A stretch of DNA of 64,000 nucleotides from positions 49,736,464 to 49,800,463 of the forward strand of contig NC_043011.1 in assembly GCF_006345805.1 (NCBI RefSeq), written 5' to 3'. The position numbers were made by a program, and so were the translations under genes. How positions within the stretch are numbered: the first letter of the stretch is position 1; the number at the start of each line of letters is the position of its first letter. The DNA is from Octopus sinensis (Eukaryota). A model generated the notes under the pieces. It searched no databases. It worked only from the letters and a program-made list of their open reading frames with translations, and had not been told where the DNA came from. Below are positions 54,075-64,000 of the stretch, piece by piece.

Positions 54075-54961
54075 GCAGGTGAACCGTGCGTATGCATATA
54101 CGTCTGTGAGTATGTGTTCACGCGCGCGTGTGTGTGTGTGTGCGTGTCTGTTTGTTTGTGTATGTGTGTGTGTGTGTGTGTACGCGTGTGTGTGTGTGCG
54201 TGTCTGTTTGTTTGTGTATATGTGTGTGTGTGTGTGTGTTGTGTGTGTGTTTGTGTGTGTGTTGTGTGTGTGTGTGTGTGCGTGTGTGTGTGCGTGTGTA
54301 TGTGTGTTTTATCAATGTTCCAAGTCTGTCGTGATTCGACAGAATTGAGACAGGTGTGACCACATCTTTCTTTTCTTCACGGCTAAGTTTACCTTGGACT
54401 ACCTCGGTTACTTTGAAAAGGATATGATGTGATTTGAGGAAGATTTCGTTACTATTTTGTGCAGATTGCACGACCGCTTTCAGATTACCTGGTCAGCTGT
54501 GCACGCGCGTGATTACGTGTGTGTATACGTGTGTGTGTGTGTGTGTATGCATGTGTGTGTGAGTCGGTGCATACGCGTAATTTTGTGTGCATATTTCTCT
54601 AGTGTGTATAAGAACATGCGTGTGATGTGTGTGTGTGTGTGTGTATGCGCGTGTTAATGCGTGTGTCTTTGTGCGTGCGTGTGAATACGTGTGCGTGTAT
54701 GTGTACACACGTGCATGAGAACGCTGTGTATGAATGTGTTGCATGTATCATTGTGTGCATTTGTACGTGCGTTTGTGTGTGTGTGTGTGTGTGCGTGTGT
54801 GTGTATGCGCGCGTGAGTGCGTGTGTTAGGTGTGTATGTATGTGTGCGTGTTTGCATGTATGTGGTAGGTGTGTGTAAGCTCGTATCAGATTTGTTCGTG
54901 TTCGTATACACGCGTGTGTGTATGTATGTGCGTGAGTATATATATATATATAATATATATG

Positions 54962-56811
54962 TGAACCCCCCTCTTCAATACGCTATTTCACCATGCATTA
55001 CCCCTCTCTCGATTTCCTACGTTCTACTTGACTAGAACCTGTCCTCAGAACCACCCCTCCCACTGGTGCTCCCCTATATTTCTGCACCCCCCACCACCAT
55101 TATAGGTGTCTACTCTTTGAACCCCCCTCTTCAATTAAGCTATTCACCATGCATTACCCCTCTCTCGATATCCTAAGTTCTACTTGCCTAGAACCTGTCC
55201 TCAGAACACCCCCTCCCACTGGTGCTCCCCTATATTTCTGCACCCCCCCCCCCCACCACCATTATAGGTGTCTATCTTTGAACCCCCCTCTTCAATACGC
55301 TATTTCACCATGCATTACCCCTCTCTCGATATCCCACGTTCTACTTGCCTAGAACCTGTCCTCAGAACCACCCCTCCCACTGGTGCCTCCCCTATATTTC
55401 TTGCACTCCCCCCCACCAGTATAGGGTTCTACTCTTTGAACCCCCTCTTTAATACGCTATTTCACCATTGCATTACCCCTCTCTCGATATCCTACGTTCT
55501 ACTTGCCTAGAACCTGTCCTCAAACCACCCTCCACTGGTGCTCCCCTATATTTCTGCACCCCCCCCCACCACCATATAGGTGTCTACTCTTTGAACCCCC
55601 CTTTCAATACGCATTTCACCATGCATTACCCCTCTCTCGATATCCTTACGTTCTACTTGCCTAGAACCTGTCCTCAGAACCACCCCTCCCACTGGTGCTC
55701 CCCTATATTTCTGCACTCCCCCCCACCATTATAGGTGTCTACTCTTTGAACCCCCCTCTTCAATACGCTATTTCACAATGCATTACCCCTCTCTCGATAT
55801 CTACGTTCTACTTGCTAGAACCTGTCCTCAGAACCACCCTCCACTGGTGCTCCCCTATATTTCTGCACACCCCCCCACCACCATTATAGGTGTCTACTCT
55901 TTGAACCCCCCTCTTCAATACGCTATTTCACCATGCATTACCCCTCTCTCGATATCCTACGTTCTACTTGCCTAGAACCTGTCCTCAGAACACCCTCCCA
56001 CTGGTGGCTCCCCTATATTTCTGCACCACCCCCCCCACCACCATTATAGGTGTCTACTCTTTGAACCCCCCTCTTCAATACGCTATTTCACCATGCATTA
56101 CCCCTCTCTCGATTTCCTACGTTCTACTTGCCTAGAACCTGTCTCTGAACCACCCCTCCACTGGTGCTCCCCTATATTTCTGCACCCACCCCCATTATAG
56201 GTGCTACTCTTTGAACCCCCCTCTTCAATACGCTATTTCACCATGCATTACCCCTCTCTCGATTTCTACGTTCTACTTGCCTAGAACCTGTCCTCTGAAC
56301 CAACCCTCCCACTGGTGCTCCCCTATATTTCTGCCACCCCCCCACCACCATTATAGGTGTCTACTCTTTGAACCCCCCTCTTCAATACGCTATTTCACCA
56401 TGCATTACCCCTCTCTCGATTTCCTACGTTCTATTGCCTAGAACCTGTCCTCTGAACCACCCCTCCACTGGTGCTCCCCTATATTCTGCACACCCCCACC
56501 ACCATTATAGGTGTCTACTCTTTGAACCCCCCTCTTCAATACGCTATTTCACCATGCATTACCCACTCTCTCGATTTCCTACGTTCTACTTGCCTAGAAC
56601 CTGTCCTCTGAACCACCCCTCCCACTGGTGCTCCCCTATATTTCTGCACCCCCCCACCACCATTATAGGTGTCTACTCTTTGAACCCCCCTCTTCAATAC
56701 GCTATTTCACCATGCATTACCCCTCTCTCGATTTCCTACGTTCTACTTGCCTAGAACCTGTCCTCTGAACCACCCCTCCCACTGGTGCTCCCCTAATTTC
56801 TGCACCTCCCC
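54962..56811. repeat. Tandem satellite, ~157-bp unit, ~11.8 copies, C-rich plus strand
   Basis: Unit TTTGAACCCCCCTCTTCAATACG...CATTATAGGTGTCTACTC starts at about 54962, 55118, 55279, 55437, 55592, 55748, 55903, 56062, 56212, 56368, 56522 and 56681. Confidence 0.97.
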
Positions 56812-57058
56812 ATAAAAAGCACCATCCGAACGTGGCCGATGCCAGACCCCTCTGGCACCTGTGCAGTGTGCCACGTAAAAAACACCCACTACACTCGCGG
56901 AGGGTGGTTGGCGTTAGGAAGGGCATCCAGCTGTAGAAACAATGCCAGACTAGACTGGAGCCTGGGGCAGTCCCGAGCTCCCCAGACCCCGGTCGAAACC
57001 GTCCAACCCGTGCTAGCGCGGAAAACGGACGTTAAACGATGATGATGATGATGATGAT
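56812..57058 (+). mobile_element. 5'-truncated SINE family D with RTE-like tail and (GAT)n end
   Basis: GGTTGGCGTTAGGAAGGGCATCCAGCTGTAGAAAC...AACCCGTGCTAGCGCGGAAAACGGACGTTAAACGATGATG. Confidence 0.8.
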
Positions 57059-57676
57059 GTGTGTGTGTGTGTGTGTGTGTGCGTGCGTGTGTGTGTGTGT
57101 GTATCAGATGTGGGCTCCCGAGAATACTTGTGGATGCGTACGTGCCGCGCGCATGTGCTTGCAGTGTGTGTCTGTGTGTGTGTGTGTATTACGTAGTTAT
57201 AGTTAAGTAAATATATATGCGTATGTGTGTGTATGTATGTGTGTGTTTGTGTGTGTGCATGAGTGGTGATATGTTTAATCAATGTGTTAGTGTATCTCTC
57301 TGTGCACGTGAGAATGCTAGTGCATGCTCGCGTTTCCATGCATGTGTGTGTGTGTGTGTGTATGTGTGTGTGTGTGTGCGTGTGCAAGCAGGTGCGGGAG
57401 AGAGTCTGTGCTTGTGCGCGTATGTTTGATACATGAGAGATTAGAGCTCATGTTGAAAATAAAGTGCGTTAATCTGGTGTTCGGGTGTGTATCTGTTTTT
57501 GTGTACCTATCTGTATATATGTGTATGTATGAAAATGTGTATATGTGTGTGTATGTATATATGTATGAAAATGTATATACGTGTGTGTGTATGTATATAT
57601 GTATGAAAATGTATATATGTGTGTGTATGTATATATGTATGAATATGTATATATGTGTGTGCATGTATATATGTAT

Positions 57677-57776
57677 NNNNNNNNNNNNNNNNNNNNNNNN
57701 NNNNNNNNNNNNNNNNNNNNNNNNNNNNNNNNNNNNNNNNNNNNNNNNNNNNNNNNNNNNNNNNNNNNNNNNNNNN
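57677..57776. other. Assembly gap (100 N), preceded by a ~32-bp AT/GT minisatellite
   Basis: Run of exactly 100 N. Confidence 1.
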
Positions 57777-58903
57777 TAATGTGGTTTTTAGAGTCAAGTT
57801 TTGTCTGCTATTTCCAGCGTGGTGGTATCTCTTAGATACCCAAAATTATAATTATATATATATATATGTGCTTCTTTCAGTTTTCGTCTACCAATTCACT
57901 TGCAAGGATTTGATCGGCCCGAGATACTTGTCCAAAGTGCCATGAACTTATATGTATCAATGTATGTATATATAATGTTAATGTTTGTTTTTATATGAAA
58001 TTATATATAACAGAATTAAATATGTACATACGTACACACATGCATACGTACATACATACATACATACATACATACATACATACATACATACATACATACA
58101 TACATACATACATACATACATGCATACATACGTTCGTACGTACGTGTACATCTGTATACATTGGTGCCATTGTGTTTTCAATCATAGATTACACGTACAT
58201 TTTCTCTTTGTATTCGTTTCCCCGCTACCAAAACCACCACCAAATCAATTTACCGGTTAACAGAGATATGGGTCTTCCGTAGATGCAATTACACGACTGC
58301 ATAATTGCAGACAGTTGCACACAAGTACGCACCATTACAAACTGGACTGTTCTGCCAAGAGAAAAAAATATTTAGTATTGATGGCTGCCAAAATATGCAA
58401 GTCTTGGCAACAAAAATTCAGTGGTTTTTACATGATGCTTTTGGATTTTTTTTTGCATTTCTGCTGTGTTTTTCTTTTTGCATACATGGTTGTTGGTGAA
58501 TTATAAATATCAGGTCAGAATCTATTTCAGCCACCAACAGCGAAGGTTACTAGTTTGTAGGCTCCATGGAAGTTTTAGCGTCGTTGATAATCATTTACGT
58601 GTTTATTGACAATGTTAATGCGTGAGTGACACTTCCGGTACCACGGCGGATATATATCAGGAAATTATAGTATTGATTGATTGTAGTTTCTTTTCTTGAT
58701 TATCAATTTATTTATTAATTTATCTTCATTGTTTATTTATTCATTCATATTTAGAGTTTTCTAGTGTGAATACCAGGTTGCGTTAGTAAATTCCTTCCTG
58801 TAGCACCTCGCGCAAGTGTCTTCTACTATAGCCTCGAGCTGACCACCACCTTTTGAGTGGATTTGGTAGACGGAAACTGAAAGAAGCCTCTCGTATAGAT
58901 ATA

Positions 58904-60075
58904 TTGGATAATCCCATGAATAATGCGGGTATTTTTATATTTCACTATTTTTCAAAATTAAGATAAATCAAAAATACACTCTCTCCCATTTTCCACAATG
59001 CTCTTCATCTATCTTGTAGACTTTCCAGCCCCTCTTCTAGAATTATTTTGTCCGTGACGAAAAATGCTTCGCTAGTACTGTTCATCCGCGTCTACTGAAT
59101 TCATATTTTTTCCGTCCAAATGATTTTGAATACTGCGGAATAAATAATAATAAAATGGGGTGATGTCCGGTGAATATGATGGGTGGGGTATCGTTTCCAA
59201 TTCAAACTGCTCCGGCCTTTGGAATGTCACCGTTGCTGTATGTGGCCGAGCATTATCCTGATGGATGAACATCTTTTGTCTTGAAACCAAAGATGGCCGT
59301 TTCTTCTAGTGCTGGCAGTAGATCTCCATTGTCATCGTTTGTTTTGGGTTTCAAAAATTCAAAGTAGACCAAACCATTCACATCCCACTAAACAGATAAT
59401 AATAATTTCATAGGTTAAGATCTTCTTTATCCTGTGGTACCGGTGTTTCACCCTTCCATATTCACTGCCTTCGGCACTTGACATTTCTATACAGAACCCA
59501 TTTCTCATCACCAAACACTATTCTTTCGAAAAAAGATTCATTCGTGAGACGTGACATCAAAGAAGATAACACATTCACTCACTGCGTGCAATTAGAGTCG
59601 GGATGTTTGTGAGGAACCCATTGACCCAATTTGCTGACTTTTCCGATGGTACGCATGTGTCGATGAATTGTTGAATGACCAAATCCAAGCTTCTCTGCTA
59701 GTTCGTCAACAGTTACGACGGGCTTTTGTTCCACCAGAGTTTGCAGGATTTCCTCGTCGAGCTCTACAGATCTTCCGGGACGAGGCTCGTCTTCTAGGCT
59801 GTAGTTTCCGGCCCGGAATTTCTGGAACCACCGTTGACACTGGCTTGTAATTTTATGTCCGATTCCCATATACTGCATTAATACTCCTCACACTTTCCGT
59901 TGCGTCGTTGCATTTAATGAACTCATAAAGCAAAATATGCCGAATATGCTCCTTTTTCATTTCCATTATAGCTTTGCAAAAATAACTGAGAAAATTGAAC
60001 TGCACACTTCAAAACTTGCACTGAGAATAAAGACAATTGCTTGAACTAAAAGTCGCAGGGACGGGATAAACTACG
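58904..60075 (-). mobile_element. Near full-length decayed mariner
   Basis: TA|TTGGATAATCCCATGAATAATGCGG TIR; peptides IRHILLYEF, QRWFQKFRAG...GQWVPH, GDEKW, HQDNARPH, PHPSYSPDITP. Confidence 0.92.
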
Positions 60076-60104
60076 TGTATCAACTTGCTATAACAAATGA
60101 GTCT

Positions 60105-60144
<40 letters not shown>

Positions 60145-60246
60145 ATCCAAACAAGAAAACACAGAAAAAAAGAGAAAAAGAACACAGCAACGCAGGACGT
60201 GGAACAATTAAAGTATTATTGACGCTCAGGAAAGAAGGGAAGGAGG

Positions 60247-60281
60247 GTTTAACGTTTCGAGCGGAGCTCTTCGTCGGAAAC
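60247..60281 (-). ncRNA. Hammerhead motif with U4C change, in a PLE terminal-repeat-like copy (60141-60328)
   Basis: GUUU CCGACGA A GAGC-UCC-GCUC GAA ACGU U AAAC. Confidence 0.45.
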
Positions 60282-61768
60282 AAGGAGAAGGAAAGATCCC
60301 AAGAAGGGAAGACAGAGGAAAAAAATATTTGAGCTGGTGGTCCTCAAGAGATCACAGGAGGTGGGATTAGCACAGAATTAAGTCTAAGAAATTTCAAGAG
60401 GGAATTTAATAAAAATGAATTAAAAAATTACATTACGAAAATATTACAGGCTTCGATGAATCTCATCTCATCAAATATCAGTAAAACTTTATAAAAAAAT
60501 TAAAAGAAAAACGGTGTATCTTCTGTCTGAAATTGGGGAGTGACAAGACATGTTCTTGACCCCCAGATAGATCATAGAACAGAGTTCACCATAGGTAAAC
60601 AACATCAGCGGCAAAATAATGACTAAATCAACACAAAGGAGTGTATATAATAACAGCCGAATGTTGTTCTGACGAAATAATATCGTATTAAAAGCGAAAT
60701 ATCTTCTGGATGAAATAGTCCTAGATAGACCATAGGCGATAAAAGTAGGAATGTTCATTACTGGAAAACGTTTTAATATATTTTGCTCGATGATGTCTGC
60801 CTTGTTTTCAACTACTAATATTGACTAACAATGTTGTCAGTTGGCACGGCGCCTGAGAATTTCCTGGGATGGCCACGCTTAATTGAATTGAGTTTATTGC
60901 ATTAGACACCTCGCTAGAATCTGAATTCAAAGCGTAAAAGAACGTAAGTGAATGCTGAAATGATTTTAATCCGGCCCCTTTTGCCCTCGCTGCATCGATA
61001 ATTATGTCTCTGAATATAACCAGATTAGCAGCTTTATACTTTCTGGGACTTTAGGTAACTTTTTAGATTAATATTGGCGTAAAATTCACGGTTACAGCGG
61101 GGGCACGTAATAGGAAAGTCTGGACTCAGACAGATTTTTGCTTTCTATGTCGCGCTCTTGTCTTTAGCTTACCTGGTCTTTTCTCATTCTAAGTGCTATA
61201 TTTTGGGCGATCATAGTACTATGACATAGTGAGTGGTCTTAAGTAAGATGTTCCCAGGTAGACTGTTCTATGTTATACTTAGGAGGGACATCGAGCTAGC
61301 AGAATAGTTACCACGCCGGACAAAATTCTCAGCGGTATGTCATCCGAATTTACGTTTAGAGTTCAAATGCTGCCGGGTCGATTTGCCTTTCATCCTTTCG
61401 GTACCTATCTCTCCAGACTGAAGGCGGAGACTAGATTTACCTAACGTTCATATGCACCTACTACTAGTCGCATATCCTTGATCGTGTGCGAAGTCTATGT
61501 GCCAACAGTATTATGTAGCCTGAGCACCCAGAAACAGCTGTTGGATCTGTAATATCGTATCAAGAGAATATATTATGTCTTGTTGTTTTTGTGCTCTGTG
61601 TAAATCTTCTCTGTTAATATGTAAATATTCATATATTTATACATGGCTATTCAAATATTCTCCGACTTTGTTTCTCTCTATTTACATGTATATATGTATG
61701 TGTAATTTGTATAGTAGCATAAACGCTTTTATTTGTTTATTTGTATCATTATTTCCATATCTGCTCAT

Positions 61769-61802
<34 letters not shown>

Positions 61803-61921
61803 AAATCAAGGAACGGCCATAATAGGCCATTCACCCACTAGAAATAACAGCCAAAGCTTCAACCGCAAAACAACATTAATTCCGCAAACCAGGAGAAAAT
61901 TAAAAAAACATTTAACCTGTA

Positions 61922-62028
61922 GTTCCTTATACGCGATGCACCGTTTCATCTATTGTTTAATGGTAAACTACCTGATTAAATTAAATCAAGCTAGTCTTCC
62001 ATAGGCCGATAGATTCATCAGTAAGAAC
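61922..62028 (-). ncRNA. Type I hammerhead ribozyme with long stem II (copy A, intact core)
   Basis: GUUCUUA CUGAUGA [AUCUAU...~55 nt...AUAGAU] GAA ACG-GUGCAUCG-CGU A UAAGGAAC. Confidence 0.8.
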
Positions 62029-62267
62029 AGCCAGATCGGAGCAGATATTTACACGAGGCACTTCTATCACTGCCTCGGCCAATATCTGACCTAAAATTTT
62101 AATTTTCAAATCATCGCACTCGCGCCAAATTTATCGGCAGGCAAATATAAGCCGCCGATTCCATTACGGATAAATTTGGCGCGAGTGCGATGATTTTAAA
62201 ATTTTAGGTCAGATATTGCCGAGGCAGTGATAGAGTGCCTCGTGTAAATATCTGCTCCGATCTGGCT

Positions 62268-62372
62268 GTTCTTACTGATGAATCTATCGGCCTATGGAAG
62301 ACTAGCTTGATTTAATTTAATCAGGTTAGTTTACCATTAAACAATAGAATGAAACGGTGCATCGATAAGAAC
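62268..62372 (+). ncRNA. Long-stem-II hammerhead (copy B; U16.1 missing at the cleavage triplet)
   Basis: GTTCTTA CTGATGA ATCTAT...ATAGAAT GAAA CGGTGCATCG-A TAAGAAC. Confidence 0.6.
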
Positions 62373-62755
62373 TACAAGGTTTATGTTAATGTTTTTTTAA
62401 TTTTCTCCTGGTTTGCGGATTAATGTTTTTTTGCGGTTGAAGCTTTGGCTGTTATTTCTAGTGGGTGAATGGCCTATTATGGCCGTTCCTTGATTTTGAT
62501 GTTGAATTTATAAATGGTCTATGACTATTTAATTTTTTCCCACTAGGCCGCTGGTGGCAAAAAAATTCTACGAATTTTTTTGCCACCCTATATTGATTAA
62601 TTATGAATTTTCTGGTTAATTCCGTAAATGGAATCGGCGGCTTATATTTGCTGCCGATAAATTTGGCGCGAGTGCGATGATTTGAAAATCTTAGGTCAGA
62701 TATTGCCGAGGCAGTGATAGAAGTGCCTCGTGTAAATATCTGCTCCGATCTGGCT

Positions 62756-62861
62756 GTTTTCTTATGATGAAATCCATCGGCCTTTGGAAGACTAGCTTGA
62801 TTTAATTAATCAGGTTAGTTTACCATAAACAATAGATGAAACGGTGCATCGTATAAGGAAC
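62756..62861 (+). ncRNA. Long-stem-II hammerhead (copy C; C3 missing)
   Basis: CTTA-TGATGA AATCCAT...ATAGAT GAAA CGGTGCATCGTA TAAGGAAC. Confidence 0.6.
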
Positions 62862-63081
62862 TACAAGGTAAATGTTTTTTTAATTTTCTCCTGGTTTGCG
62901 GAATTAATGTTGTTTTGCGGTTGAAGCTTTGGCTGTTATTTCTAGTGGGTGAATGGCCTATTATGGCCGTTCCTTGATTTTGATGTTGAATTTATAAATG
63001 GTCTATGACTATTTAATTTTTTTCCCACTAGGCCGCTGGTGGCAAAAAAATTCTACGAAATTTTTTGCCACCCTATATTGA

Positions 63082-63140
<59 letters not shown>

Positions 63141-63232
63141 GCGCATACGTACACTTTGGTCCCACACCCTCTCTCTCTATCTCTGTCTCTCTCTCTACAT
63201 ACACATATATATATATACACATATATATAGTG

Positions 63233-63594
63233 TGTTTTGAATGGCACAACAATGCACTATAATAACAACAATGGACTCTAATAACTGTTATAATTTAATC
63301 ATCCATAGTCTGATGTAATGTTTCGGAATATAAAACTTCCTTCTTCAGATATCCCTAGGAATAGATCGAGTCACTGCTATAATCGGTTTTCCAACGTTTT
63401 TTTTTTCTCTCCGAAAATGTCTCTGCAGTGGTCTCTCGAAGCTCGTTCCGGAATTCCTCGGTCAATTCCTAGGGATATCTGAAGAAGGAATTTTTGCATT
63501 TCAAAATATCATATCAGACTATGGACGATTAAATTACAACAGTTATTATAGTCCATTGTTTATATTATAGGGCATTGTTGTGTCATTCAAAACA
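63233..63594. repeat. Inverted pair of PLE terminal-repeat-like arms (~138 bp), each with a degenerate hammerhead motif
   Basis: 63233-63370 versus 63457-63594; CTGAAGA-A-GGAA...TTCC-GAAA on the minus strand of the left arm. Confidence 0.75.
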
Positions 63595-63665
63595 TTTTAT
63601 TCTTTACAAACAATACACAATGCTTCAAGCGAACTACGATACTTTCCTATATACATATATGTATG

Positions 63666-63718
<53 letters not shown>

Positions 63719-64000
63719 TATAGGAGACTATTGTAGTTTGCTACATACATGTATATGCATGTTGTATGTATGTATGTATGTATGTATATATCTTTCTGTC
63801 TTTACTCTCATCTCTCACTCGTTCTCTCTCTCTCTCTTTCTCCCCCTCTCTCTCTGTATATATATATAATGTATATATATATATATAATTATAAATTTTC
63901 TTTAGAAAAGCATAGAAAGGATGGAAGTACTCGAGTCAAATCCGACACGCTAGACAAGTACAAGAGATACAGAGAAGTTCCACTCAGGAGACTACGATTG

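Larger units (their letters stand above)
61799..63086. mobile_element. Ribozyme-bearing ~487-bp unit: inverted partial copy A (61799-62170, -), then tandem copies B (62171-62601, +) and C (62602-63086, +)
   Basis: taaatttggcgcgag recurs at 62171 and 62658 (period 487); A is the reverse complement of B over ~335 bp; (AT)n at both outer ends. Confidence 0.9.

Noticed and set aside
54990-55060. CTGAGGA...hairpin...GAAA on the minus strand of satellite copy 1, resembling a hammerhead core
   Set aside because: Stems I and III cannot be formed in type I or III topology, and all other copies lack one half of the core (GATA or CAGAGGA).
54962-56811. Satellite as a CRISPR array or coding repeat
   Set aside because: No unique spacers, eukaryotic context, unit length not a multiple of 3, and stop codons in the frames I translated.
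60489-60758. Hydrophobic 89-aa ORF resembling a GPCR transmembrane segment
   Set aside because: No recognisable family motif, stops immediately downstream and no splice support; AT-rich antisense frames are often hydrophobic.
62553-62600. Terminal hairpin of the 487-bp unit as a Helitron 3' end
   Set aside because: No CTRR terminus at the expected distance and no TC start; the ribozyme and inverted/tandem layout fit a retroelement better, though a Helentron-type element is not fully excluded.

Overview
AT-rich, repeat-saturated eukaryotic non-coding DNA. The tRNA-derived SINE families and extreme microsatellite load point to an octopus or related cephalopod (inference). I found no host protein-coding exon, and most of the ORF track is translated microsatellite. 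The window holds decayed mariner/Tc1, hAT and piggyBac transposons, two non-autonomous Helitrons (one cleanly nested in the hAT ORF), R4/Dong-type LINE fragments, Penelope-like elements (PLEs), several MITEs and foldbacks, four SINE families (my labels A-D), a ~157-bp satellite and a 100-N gap. The main unexplained signals are: (1) a ~487-bp highly structured unit present as a tandem pair plus an inverted copy at 61.8-63.1 kb, each copy carrying a type I hammerhead ribozyme fold with an unusually long stem II (retrozyme/circRNA-like); (2) several further minimal hammerheads with atypical cores, including an A3:U8 pair-preserving variant downstream of a PLE ORF; (3) three RFX X-box motifs within 140 bp of unique sequence. 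All folds were paired by eye and none is experimentally or computationally validated.
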